Assembly: GCF_018977255.1 (NCBI RefSeq)
Contig: NW_024704755.1
Coordinates: forward strand, 8,866,001 to 8,930,000
Source of the DNA: Callorhinchus milii
Lineage: Eukaryota
DNA length: 64,000 nt
Direction of reading: 5' to 3'
Of this stretch, positions 48,706-61,125 are shown piece after piece (position 1 is the first letter of the stretch; each line of letters begins with the position of its first letter). The notes beneath the pieces are model-generated. The model was not told the DNA's origin, did no database searches, and saw only the letters and a list, made by a program, of their open reading frames with translations. A program made the position numbers and the translations under genes.

Positions 48706-51700
48706 AATCGAAAAGATTACTTAGAGATTTATATGGGTTCCTTATTTAAGCAGAGAGTTTTTAAAAGGAATTCAGCCAAATATTTGAAAAGGAAAAATAT
48801 AAAATAGAAAAATATAAGAGGGTGAGGAGAAAAGCAGGAGACTGAGACTAACAACAGGAACTTGCATATATATAGCGCCCCTCACGCAAGGTAGTTTCCC
48901 GCACTGAGCTGAACATCTTGCCAACTGTCTAAAGGACATCCTCCCATCATCCCCACCACAATAACATCCATTGATTTGGTAAAACATTTCTACAATTCCA
49001 TTTGCTGCTTCAGGAAACTGTTCTCTTTGCACAATGCCTTTCCATGAGTTACTGACCTCAAAGGCACCACAGGGACGAGTCACTGAACGAAAGTCACCTG
49101 CTCTGATGTGCGGGGATGCTTACCCAGGACACCATGAGAAACGTGCTTCCCTTCAAATAGTGCCGGGATCATTAAAATAGGCAGGCGGAGCTGACAGGCA
49201 GACTGAGGGGTACATGCAGCACAAGGTTGATCAGGGAATCCTGAGGTAAAATCAGATCTCCTTCCAGCTTTTACAATAATAATTCACCATTATTCATAGT
49301 AATTGTAAATTCCTGATGACTTATTCTAAGCTGTCTTAGATCCCTGTGGAGCTCTGTCAGTGAATGCACTGTGCCAGCCTTTCCATTGAATGTACGTACA
49401 CCCATTATTATCAGGGACACAATCCCAACCAAATGGTTCTTTTTTTGTTACACACTGAGACATCAGGTTATTCATTACTATCTATAGTAACTGTATCCAT
49501 CAAACATTCTGCGATAGATCACAATGTATTAATCATGAAATCATAGAAAGCACCCTTCGAGTAGAACACCTCTCGCCATGTGTAATTGCTGTAATAAGTA
49601 GCAATTGAAGTGCATCAAACTGAGAATAATGGATAGCCGGGAAGAACACTAAAGTAGACAAAGTCCAGGTTAGTTTGTAAACCACAAGAACAAAGCCTAA
49701 TCACGTTTCCCTTCTTCCCGTGAAAAGTGTTTAAGGTTTCCTTCTCCTCCTTCTAGTTTCACTGTCAGGCCCATTATCCTCCTCCACTCTTTGTATTTAA
49801 GTCAAAATCACAGCCAAGCCCGATCCTGTCTGCACCCAATGATCAGGCGCTCACCATTCCTTCTTTATTGGTTGGTTATTAGGAGCGGCAACCCTGACTC
49901 ACCCTCACATGATCTCGAGTGCTGAGGTTCATTGTGACACCCTGACTGCTATCTCAGGCATCACTCCAACTCACAGACCAGGGGAAAAGACAAAAAAATC
50001 AAACTTCTATGGCTCAGCTATTCATGACTCCAGGGAGCCTGTCTGAGTGGTTTATAATGGTCGTGCGTTGCCAAGTTGAGAATGCAGCCTTGTACTCACT
50101 CCAGGGCATTGAGTTGTTGGAATATGTGAATGTCACAGGGCAGTTTTATTCAGGTCTGTGCGAATTTCTGCACAGACACCATTGTCTGGTCTGCTCCGTG
50201 CGAAGGCCAGTGTACAGCTAACCCTGACGATTGAAATTACGTGGAGTTTCACTGAGAAACGTTCGTGGGCCGACTACCAGGAATAAAGTGGCCCATGCAC
50301 ATTATACAGAAAATAAGAGTCCACTGGGAGGGAAGTACAAGGCTAGAACACAAGACAAGAAGGGTACGGCTGAGAGCATAAATCACATTTAGAAATTTGA
50401 GCAGTTTATGCAGTCATTGAAACCCGAGAGTCTGCTGCAGCTGTGAGCACGCTCCCAGTTAGCCTCTAGTTTTTGAACAGACTCGCAATTTAATTTTTTT
50501 GTTGAGCAACTTCCCGTCTACGAGTTCCACCAGAGTTCATTGCTCCTGACTCTGTCACAAAACCCCGGCCACGATGACAAACCCTATCTCACGTAGCTTT
50601 GTGCTGCACAACAGGAAGGTGGGGAGTGCCTCAATGATTCGGGAGCTGAACTTAGCTTATACTGAGGTCAGACGACAGGAAAATCCCAGCAGATTGGGTC
50701 AAGAGTCAGACGCTATCGGACTGTGCACTCTTCCTCAGCATGTTATTCAGTGTAATACAGTTGGCGCATTCTGCCTCCAAATATAACCGTGATCATCCCA
50801 TTTGATCCAGTGCCTTTCACGTTGTGAGGACATCTCAAAGTGCTTGGCAGGATTTGCCATAAAGTGTGTGTTTTGTAGGCAAGCGGCAGCCAATTTGCGC
50901 ACAGCAACAGCCCATACCAAGGCAGCTGGAGCGAGGTCAGAGCTCACCAGAAGCCCGAGTGACGATGTGCCCTTGCCTCTGAAACTGTCCCCATATCATT
51001 CTCCCTTTGCGAAAAATGCATATCATTTGACAGGGCTCGGTGAATGCAACCTAAGAATATTCTGTCTGTCTCTTCAGGGCAGCTCGAGGTCCATTGAGAG
51101 CAGCCCCCGAACACAGCGCAGGACACAGTTGTGGAGGCATGTACAGTTTTCTGAGCAAATGACAGTCTGCAGTCCCACAGACCTGGGCAGTGATTTTACT
51201 GGGAAGTGAGGCTTCACCACAGCAGGTAAATATTCCAAACTAATCCTTTATTTAAAATCGCACTGCAATGGGACTGGGAAAACCGAGCAGCGGTGCTCTA
51301 GAGCACAGCGTTCCCAGATTCACAGATGAGACGCCTGAAGTTGCTATAAAAAGTGCCCCCCTAAAGTGTACGCTCGCTTCACAGCCTCTGGTAGCGGCTT
51401 TCAAGTCCCCTCAGAGCAGATACCTCAGTGCAGCAGCTGCAAAGCAGCAGTTTTACAAGCTCTCAGCAAAGAACTATAGACAGGAGATGGAACCCCTTGT
51501 GTCCAAGCATGACCTGAGGGGGGCAAAAAAAAACTTTGTCGGTGGGGTATTGAACTGGTGCCTGTTATTGTAGGGAATTTGTTTTCCCTCCTGAAGGAAG
51601 GTCAAAACGGATAACTCAGCGATGTTCAGGGGAGGAGGGCGTTTCACAGTGCATTTAAAATGAAAGCAAGAGTTGTTTTGAATCGGAGAAACTGTCAAGT

Positions 51701-54329
51701 TCTCCTCGGGTTTATGAGGAATTCAGCAGCACCCTATGGATTTTTTTGGGTGGGAAACTTCTACCCCCGCTCTGCCGCCTGTAAGAAAAGGAATTTTAAA
51801 AGCTCCAAAGTGATCTGGGGACTGCAAAGGTACAAGAAAAAAAACAGCAGGTGGGGACTGAGCGCATCAGAATACTGTTGCTTCACGTCTGGGAGCAGAG
51901 TTCAAACCCAGTCCAGATAGATGGGGTGAAAGGTCTCACAGGTTGCTGATGGTGAGGCGGGGCAGGGGGGGTCACAGTTAAATGACTTTGGACAATCTCT
52001 GACGGCTTGTCAGCAGGTACAAAACGGACAGAGGTATCCTCACGACTCCAAAGAACACAAAGTAGATGCCTGCGAAAGAAAGTAACCCCATTTCTGGCAT
52101 TCTGGACTTGTCCAACGTCCATCCAATATGAAAGGCACTACATACAAACATAAGTTTGCATTCAGTTATATTCATTTCTCTGTGCCCATTATTTTGCTTT
52201 TACAGCAACAACTACTTGCATTTATATAATGCTCCTCATGCAGGGTAGTATCCCAGAGCTACCGTCGGAAATGAACATTACACTCCATTATGTGTCCCCC
52301 TGTTGAAACTTACATAGATCAGGATGAAACTGGGGATTTGAGGCCCACAGACAACCAGTCTGCCTGGGACAGGCTCCAAAGGCAAGATACATGTCCACAG
52401 GCAGGTAAAGTGGTGCCTTCTCTCAGCGACCAATTACACAGCAGCCATCATTTACAGGTCGTTTACAGACACGCTTGGTGCTCAGTACAGAAAGGGAAAG
52501 ATGTCATGTAAAATGCCTAAAGAGTAAATTTGGCATTATAGCCTGATCTGCTGAAGGAATTCTATCCCTATCTTTTTAACAGGATCAACAGTGGTTGTCA
52601 CTCCAATTTGCCTGCCAGATGGAATGAGTTTCCTTGGTTGTTGTCCTGGACTACTGAGTGAAAACAACAAGAAAGTGGGGGGGTGGTGGGTGGGCATAGG
52701 CCAGTCAGGGGAATGGCACGATCCAATTTGAGGCAGGCAAAACATAAAGAAGCTTACTGGTACATCAGGTTAACTGATCACAAAGAGCAGTTCCCCATTT
52801 CATACGTCTAACCAGACAATCCCTGATGGAGCCCTACAGTGACGCAAGACAAGGGAGGGTACGGGAAGTTTTTATTTGATCCCTACTTAGCTTTCTCTGG
52901 TACAGCAAAAAACCTGCCTTGATTTTTTGAGCTTCATCTCCCAGTCATTTACGTGAACCTTGGCTGGACCCTTTCAATTTATGTTGGGTTCAGTCCAGCG
53001 TTTTTCAAATGCATGGTGACAGCAGCTACCCCTTCACCCCAAACTCCCCCCACCCAGCCCCGTGAAGTGGGGAGAGCGTGTGAGCATGTAGGGAGCCAGA
53101 CCTGGTAGTTGGAGGGAGCGTTGGGCTCACTGCTACGAAGAGTGCAGGTGGACGACAGAAGGGAGCGCCTCGAGACCACTGGTGGCTACCAAAAATACTT
53201 GTTTGAGGACCACTCAATATTTCCTCATAGACAGAGTTCAATACATTTCATTTCACGTCAGCTTCCTTGAGCTTATTGTTCATCCTACTATTGTGGCTCA
53301 TCCAATGTCACTTTCTTCTTCCGGGTCCAACAATCCTTTTGAGTTATCCGGGCCTTGATCTAATATTTGCCTTTTTAAATGATATTACATCGGGAACAAT
53401 GACAAAAGTTAAAAGGTGATTAAGTGGTCCCTTTGTTCCCTGCACACTGAACAGCCAAACGCTTGTGTGCACAGCTGTTCACCTCACATTGGGCTGTTCC
53501 TACTGTGCTCTGGCAATCAGTGCTCTCACAGCTCCGATTGTACAAGAAATCCTGGTTTGTAATTGCCTTGTCCAGAGCCGAAGAAAAGGTCATTATTTGG
53601 GAATCCTATTGTTTGAAAATCTGCGCGGATGACAGTTTATTTTCTTGGACACGTGGCAAAATGCGGGCAGAAGATGAACATTTGTAACAGTAAAGTGGCT
53701 GTTCAATTCATCCATGTTTCCAATTAGAATGCATTTTAACTTCTGAGCAACATCCACACCCAAACACCCGAGAACCAGGCCGAGACTAAATATGTCAAGG
53801 GCACGCAGCAGAGATGAAAAATGATCTAAAAGTACTAGGAAAATGGCAACCATCAATCACTTGCTTCTTTTTAATTACAAGAATGCGTTTTCAATTACCC
53901 AAGTTTAAATAACGTTCCACTGGTCTTACTAATTCATATCCTGCAGCCTGACAGTTTGCAATTTTCCAAGTAACAGCTGCCATTGCTGCCTACGACAAAG
54001 ATTGTTCGCACATACAGAGCCTCACATCCTCATGACTGGGTAATGGCCTTCTCCCTGTTGTATAGTGCAATTTCTCAACACACACGGGAACGGATGTCCT
54101 GCAGGACACTGCTAACTACAAAAGCACACTTCAACATAGGGCTGGTCACAAACTGAATATGCCTCACTTGGGCTTATGTCGTAAAGGATATCCTATTTCC
54201 ACCATGCTCATTTTATTCAGAATGGATTTATATAACCTTGCACTTACGTAGCGCCCTCCACGCAGGGTAGCGTCTCAGAGCACTAACGGTGGTGGAGCCT
54301 GACTCCGAGCCGAACAGAAATGAGCAGGA

Positions 54330-54663
54330 AATAATAATAATAATAATAATCCTTGCATTTGATATAGCGCTTTTCACGTCGGGAGGACGTCCCAAAGCGC
54401 TTCACAGAACACACTGTAAAGTGAATTGACTGTATATTTGTGGGCGAACGCGGCAGCCAATTGCGCACAGCAATGTCCCACAAACAGTCGTAGATTGAAA
54501 ATGACCAATTTTTATTATTGTTTTTGGTTTTTTTTTGGAGGGATTATTATTAGGCTCTGTGTGGAGTAAGGAAACTTGCCCAAGGTTTCGCCCTCTGCCT
54601 GGAATTGAACTCAGGTCTCTCGCTTGCAAAGCGAGTGCTCTAACCACTGAGCTACAGGACTCC
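54330..54663 (-). mobile_element. Young full-length tRNA-derived SINE
   Basis: Near-identical to 11162-11484. Confidence 0.95.
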
Positions 54664-55793
54664 AGTGATAGTGAAATTAAATTTAGACCACGTTGATGTA
54701 AATTTAAAAAGTCCTGTAGATACGATACAGCAAAGACAACTATTATGAACACAGGAACAGGACATTCAGCCCGTCAAGCATGGTCTTACTGTGGGACAGA
54801 CTCAGTGGGCTGAATCGCTTCCTCTTCTTCCTGTTTCCCTACATTCCACATGCCCAAAACTTACACTTTCACATAGCACAACATCTTTAAGTGCTTTACG
54901 AAAAATATTTGGATCACCGAGCAAGCAAAGTATCCATCTATCATCCCTATAAATATCCCAATTAATTCTGTATCCACGACCTTCTGTGGCAGTGCATTCC
55001 ACGCTTTCAAAACCCGCACACCAGACATTATTCTGTGAAGTGCTAAAAGTGAGCCTGGGTTTCAGCTACAAACATCCCAGCAGTCAGGATGTCTGCCAGG
55101 AGATGTCAGGCTGATTAGGACCTTTCCTGCCATTTAAACAAAATGTCAAGAGCCAACACACCAGGAACCTTACCCGATATCAGGCATGCAGCCAGAGGAA
55201 CTGTTACTTCAGTGTTGCTCAATGATCTCAAGTCTCTTGCCTTTTAAACATTAGTCTTAGAAGCACAGGGTCACAGGCCTGTGACAAGAGTGGGCCACTT
55301 AACAGACCGACGGGCTGATACGTATCAATAACTAATTCATGTATTATAATTAAAGGAAAGTGTGAAGGTTTTGTTCCTAGGCAAAATGCTTTAAATGCAA
55401 AACATATCCTTTCGCAGTGTAAGAAAAAAAACGCATTCCATTACAAATCCACACAATGGTTCTACGTACAGATGCGCTTTGAGACGTCTAGAAGACATGA
55501 AAAGCACTATACCAAATGCAAGGATCATTTTGTAGACGCACTGAGTTGGACGTTGCTTTATTTACCAATGTGTTTACAGAAAACACTGGCAATTCCTGAA
55601 TTTGCAAATGATTTAAAACGCCTGGCAAATTATCCAAGAGTGCCAGAGTTGGAGAGCTGTGGAGAAAATGCTGTGTCTGGAATGAAAAGTTCATGGGGGC
55701 TTGTACAGAGCTGAAATGATTCTATAAAACATGACAAGAGCAAACAATCAAATTAGACATAGACCTGTTAGGAGTTAAGACATTTGTGCCAAT

Positions 55794-56319
55794 CCTCCCT
55801 CCATAGGCTGCAGATCATCCAGAACTCTGCAGCCCATGTCCTCTCCCGCACCAGGCTCCGTGAACCTATCAACCCCATCCTCACCTGACTCCACTGGCTT
55901 TCCATCACACAGGATACAGTTGAAGATCCTGGTCCTCACCTTCAAAGCCCTCCACGGTCTTGCTCTCCCCTACCTCTGCGACCTCCTAACCCCCTAACAT
56001 CCTGCTCACTCCCTCCACTCAGTGGGCTCCAGCTTGCTTCACGTCCCCCGCCTCGCTCGCACAACTGTTGGTGGGCGGACTTTCTGCCACTCTGCACCCC
56101 ACCTTCTGGAACTCCATTCCGCAGTCCCTACTCCTCGCTCCCTCCCTTGCCTCCATCAAGACCCACCTCAAGACCCTCCTCTTCGACCGTGCTTTCGATC
56201 TCCCTGCTTCCCCCCCTGCCCTCCACGATCCCCAGCTCGGGTCCGTAACTCTGTCGGTCCAGCGCCTTGGGACGTCCTCCCAACGTGAAGGGCGCTATAC
56301 AAATGTAATTTTGTTGTTG
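55794..56319 (+). mobile_element. 5'-truncated L2 LINE
   Basis: LQIIQNSAAHVLSRTRLRE...LHVPRLARTTVGGRTFCHSA...WNSIPQSLLLAPSLASIKTHLKTLLFDRAF; tail gcgccttgggacgtcctcccaacgtgaagggcgc plus (TTG)n. Confidence 0.92.
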
Positions 56320-56324
56320 CTGTG

Positions 56325-56500
56325 TCAGCCTGGCTTAGTTGGCAGCACTCTCGCCTCTGAGTCAGAAGATTGTGGTTTCAAGCCTCACATCTGCTCTGTT
56401 CACCTACAAAATACGCAGTTGTTATACTTTACAGTATACAGCACTTTGAGACATCCTCCAAACTTGAAAGGCGCTAGATCAAATGTAAAGATTACTATTA
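56325..56500 (+). mobile_element. Internally deleted SacSINE1-like SINE
   Basis: tRNA head tggcttagttggcagcactctcgcctctgagtcagaag joined directly to the tail; a CR1 remnant follows at about 56510-56700. Confidence 0.7.
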
Positions 56501-57949
56501 TCAGTTTACTGAAAGAGCTGTAGGATTGTGGAATTCACCCACGGGAAAGTTAATGCAGGGTTGGTGAAAATGTTTAAGAAGGAAGTAGATAAATACTTAG
56601 CTAGTAAGGGTATCAGAGGGTATGGAGAAAAGGCAGGCAAGTGGATTGAGTGACAGATCAGTCATGAGCTCAGAATTGTCAAATTTTTACATTCCTTAAT
56701 GCTTATGTTGCTATTCAATGAATGAGTTAATTCATGGTGTAGTCAAACAGTTGCTGCTGTCACTGGTATGACCCAGGAATAACTTTTTTTAAGCTTACTT
56801 TTTGATATAGATGTTTTGCACAAAATCTTCAAGCTCACACGCTCAGCTTCCCTTAAGGATTAGAGGAGAAAACCTTGGACATTCACACAATGCAAGTGTT
56901 TCTGCCGGTGATGTACAGAGCTAAATGAGAACCAGTTGGAGGAAGAGAACAAAATTGATACTTTGGCTGGTGTGCATGTGGATACCAGCCAAAGTATCCT
57001 GAGGTTATAAAAAAGTGCAATTTCTAAGAGGAAGCCGAGACTGAACTTGAAAGCAGGGAGAGAGCAAAGGCACCTTTGTGCTCCCTGGTGCATTGATGCA
57101 CAGGTTTGATATGAATTTACCCCCCTTCTCTTTCCCAAGCTGCAATTAACATGGTTGTTAATTGAGACATTCAGACTTGGTGATGTAAAAACCTATCCTT
57201 TGACCACACTGTCAGCCACCCACCCTCCCTCCCTCCTAACCTCATGTCTCCCAGCCTGCTCAAGCTCACAGTCCAACTCTGTGAAACATTTGAGACATTT
57301 TTCTAAGTGAAAGGTGAGATACAAAAACGGGTCATTGTTTTAGAGGTCATTTGCAATATGGCCCAGGAGGGACAAACTTACCTGTACAGGTAAGGTACCA
57401 TTCTCAGGTGTTACATTTTTAAACACATTAGATGCCTTCTCACTTGCTGGACTACTGCGCTGATGTGAAACAGGGATCTGCTTTCTCTCTTTAACTGATT
57501 TCTAAAATGATTGAAATGGACATGATGGAGCTTGGCTGGGGCTGATGTGTAAGCAGATCATTGCCTTATTTCAGCATCACCCTGGCCCATTTCTTGGCTT
57601 GGCCCATTTGCGCTAAGAGAGGCAGGGGAATGACAATGATCTGGAGACAAAAGCAATTTTGTACTTGCCCAGTAGCAATTCATATTACCGATCAGGAAAT
57701 AGTATCTTGCCCTGGCACAACAGGAGAAAGTGGACCTCAAAATGTCAAACAGATGAAAAAAACATTCAAGGGAAAATTATGATCCGAGCTTTTATGAAAA
57801 CGGATAGCGTAAAGGATCAGAGGCTACTTCATGCAAAACAGACTAGGAGGAAAAGAACAAATGACTGAATGGGGAAGAAATCACAAATTAAACTTAATGA
57901 TAGAATATTTTCTATGTCAACCAGAGGAAATCAAATATGTCAATATTGT

Positions 57950-58278
57950 GTCAGCTTGGCTCACTTGGCTCATTTTGATAACACACTCTCACCTCCAAGT
58001 CAGAAAGTTGTGGGTTCAAGCTTCAATTCAGGATTTTGAACTTGTTCTAGTCTAGGCTGACACTCCAGTGCTGAGGTGCACAACACTGTCAGAGCTGCCA
58101 ATCTTTCGTTGAGACATTAAATCAAAATCCCAAATGTCTGTTCGGGTGGTTGTTAAAGATCGCAATAGTATTATTCAAAAAGAGAAGGGCGTTCCTTCTG
58201 GTGTCCTAGCCAACAATCCCTTCACTTTGCGAAGTTCTCCTGAATTGAAAGGCGTTATATCAAATGCAAGGATTATGA
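57950..58278 (+). mobile_element. Old SacSINE1-like DeuSINE
   Basis: Head with B box gggttcaagc, ggctgacactccagtgc, Deu-like core, L2-type tail. Confidence 0.8.
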
Positions 58279-59264
58279 ACATTAGAATATCCTTGGCCTC
58301 GATTGTAATAAATTAGCCAGGGTTTCTGCTCCCGATTGCTGTGAAGTGACAGGGTGCCCGAAAGTGCACACCTAGAGTTTGGGTGAGAGCAAGACCTTGC
58401 TGGCGTGACTGTGGTGCCTTGCCAAGTGGAAAACCGGTTTTGCAGGTCCTCAATTCGGATTGAATCTTATAGCGTGTGGTTCTGTTACCCAGGATTTCAG
58501 TTGCCTTTTGTCGATTTACTCTCCTAGAGTGAACCTCGCCATTTGCTTCCATTCACACCATTTCCCTCTTATACTCTTTTGGAGCATTTACTTGCTCAAG
58601 CGCACAGCAATTTCATTCCTGCTTGTCCTGCAAGAGTTTATTTTTTTAAAAAAGCTATTGCCTTCCCCTTTAATACCTGTGTTCATATATCCCCAGATTC
58701 CCTTTTCTTATTTTGAGTCTCAATCTCTGCATTTACTTAATCTACAGAGAAATCCAATCCTCCAGGGTCTTGTCACGTGACTTTAGTTTTTCATCCATTT
58801 CTTTGTGCAATAGTTTGAGCTCCTCCCATTACTTACACTCTTTCACAGACAGAGTCTGTCTGGCTTTCTCTTATTTTGTCCTTTGCTCTCCAGAACAGAA
58901 TCTGTGCAGTTTGCGTTCCTTGCTTGGCCATGGAACTCCTCATTTTTATAAAAGAACTATTCTATTAAATTCCTCTTGTCAACTTCAATTCAGAGTTACT
59001 GCACATTACTCAACTCCTGTACAGTTTTGCTAAAATAAGGGATTTTAAAATGATACCAAGTGACTGCTCTTGGCTTCTCCTTTGTTAAATCTAGGCTTAT
59101 TTTAGAATGATAATCAATTCAGCCGGTACGATGATTTTGGTAAAAAAATGATTTCGTCCCAGGTCTGACGCTTTTTACGTTTAAAAACAGCAAAGTGTAA
59201 ATAGTTTGATGATAGATTAGTTTTGTAAATTAATTCCTGCTGATTACAACAAGTCTATGCAATT

Positions 59265-59362
59265 AATAATATTGATAATCCTTGCAGTTGATGCAGCGCC
59301 TTATCACATCTTCGAGACGTCTCAAAGCGCTTCACAGAATATACTGTAAAGTGAATCGACTG
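59265..59362 (-). mobile_element. 5'-truncated SINE 3' end
   Basis: Tail motif. Confidence 0.85.
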
Positions 59363-59834
59363 CACCTTTTGTATACCATCCTCCCAGGAAACATTATTAC
59401 ATTGACAAGTTTCCCCCTATTCCCCCATTTATTCCGTTTGCTTCACTGTACAAGTATTTGTAAAACTTCCTGTCTTTGTTATCGAAGTCACTGACTGATT
59501 TTTCACCCCACTCTTAGTAGAACAGAAATACTTTGTGATGAAACCACTTCAGTCAGTATTTTATTTGGTTCTGAGCTTAGCTGAAGATAACTCTCTGACC
59601 AACTAGAAATTAGTTGCGTGACGACTTGTCAGTGACTGCCATTTGCCCAGGCGAGGAAACAAAAGACCCTGTTAGGGCTGTTGCCCATCTCTCTGTGTGA
59701 ACCCTCGTTCTGTCACTGCTATTCCAGCCCAAATTCACACTGCTTCCAGTATTGTCTGCCCAACAACCCGATTGAAATGATTCTTGCACAATAACTTGTC
59801 ACACCCCACTCTGCCCAACACGCTTAATACTCAC

Positions 59835-59954
59835 AGATGGCCACTATTAATTTGAACATGTGATCCATGGAAAAATGCTGCATCAAGAAAAATGAGTTGA
59901 CCATCACTAGACATGTGCACAGGATGACGCAGATCCATTCTTGTAATCGTTTAC
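59835..59954 (-). CDS. PEDS1: PEDS1/TMEM189-like exon 2
   Basis: cccag|GTAAACGA...GCCATCT|gtgagt; 120 nt, phase 1/1; encodes (G)KRLQEWICVILCTCLVMVNSFFLMQHFSMDHMFKLIVAI. Not present in the ORF track. Confidence 0.93.
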
Positions 59955-60171
59955 CTGGGAATAAAGGGGGAAAAAATAATTCTACTTTGAGACACTGTAG
60001 CAAATGTTTACATTACACTTATATTCATTTAAATTTGATCATAAGATGGGCAGTTTACTTTGAACAGAATGAAAAAAAGCATACGATTTATAAACAATGC
60101 AATATTGTTTATAAATAGGATCTCTCAATGGTTTACTTTAAAGAAACAAAGAATACAGAAGAAACATTTAA

Positions 60172-60282
60172 TTTCGCCCACAAATATACAATTAATTCAC
60201 TTTACAGTATATTCTGTGAAGCGCTTTGAGACGTCTAGAAGATGTGAATAGCGCCATATCAAATGCAAGGATTATTATTAAT
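60172..60282 (+). mobile_element. 5'-truncated SINE 3' end
   Basis: Tail motif. Confidence 0.85.
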
Positions 60283-60977
60283 TCTCTACTGAATAAGTCT
60301 GCAACTGGATCCCTTGTGCGTTTCAAACAATAATGATTTATATATTTTTTGCAATAAAAAAGTATAAACATTGTCACTTGTGTCAGGGATGCTCTGTGTA
60401 GCCACACATGAATTTAATGTACATTTCCATCGCAGGTTTTGTTTGAACCCATCTGTTCACTTCAGTAAACAGAGTAAAGTGAAAATTATACCATATGTCC
60501 ACTTGAATTTGGAGAACAACCCAGGATAGTCCTCCATGTTCAGACAGAGTATTTTGAGCAAACTTAAAAATAGGGTGAAACACACCGGGGGTGGGAGTAA
60601 AGTGATGAATTAAAGAGCAACTCACAGCGAAACACATGGAACTAAGCTAAATAAACCTAATGATAAAAAAAATGCTAAATAAGCCTAAGCTGAGCTCACT
60701 GCATAGTTTTGTCCCAGAAGCAATTTTCTCCTTTTAGTGAGCTATAATAAATTATTGTGTCCATTGCTCCATTTGATATCCACTATTCTCTCACTGAGGA
60801 AAGGGACAGTGAGATACACAGCCAATAGAGCTTTCAAATCAACCACAAAGAGGCACAAAAGAGTGAAGTGGGAAGGGATGCCTCCCTCACTAATCTCTCT
60901 CCTCCTGTCCACTACCTCCAGCTGATGCGACAATCAACAAGAGAGTCCCAAAGGCGGAGAGGTTTTAACTTCAACAT

Positions 60978-61125
60978 TTAAAATTTAAGGCCTTGGAGAA
61001 TTTGGGAAAATTCTTAAATTTAGCCTTAATTTAGAATCCGGAAAAGAATGGCCCCAAAACCATCCTCCAAATTAAGACTGAAATTAATTAGAATTTTCCC
61101 AAATCCTCCAGATCTTAAGTTTTAA
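60978..61125. repeat. Imperfect inverted repeat, MITE-like
   Basis: Arms of about 55 bp (ttaaaatttaaggccttggagaatttgggaaaattct... and ...agaattttcccaaatcctccagatcttaagttttaa) around a spacer of about 35 bp. Confidence 0.8.

Larger units (their letters stand above)
22515..59954 (-). other. PEDS1: PEDS1/TMEM189-family gene span, coding exons 2-6 (exon 1 not found in window)
   Basis: Five exons of 120, 92, 145, 213 and 122 nt join in frame via GT-AG introns: [100 protein letters not shown]...[17 protein letters not shown]...[29 protein letters not shown]...WARKTE*. Exon sizes match my recollection of human TMEM189 exons 2-6. May be a paralog rather than the ortholog. Confidence 0.95.

Noticed and set aside
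51978-52175. Membrane-protein-like 65-aa ORF or cassette exon in intron 2
   Set aside because: No recognisable homology, and no acceptor-donor pair that preserves the PEDS1 frame was identified.
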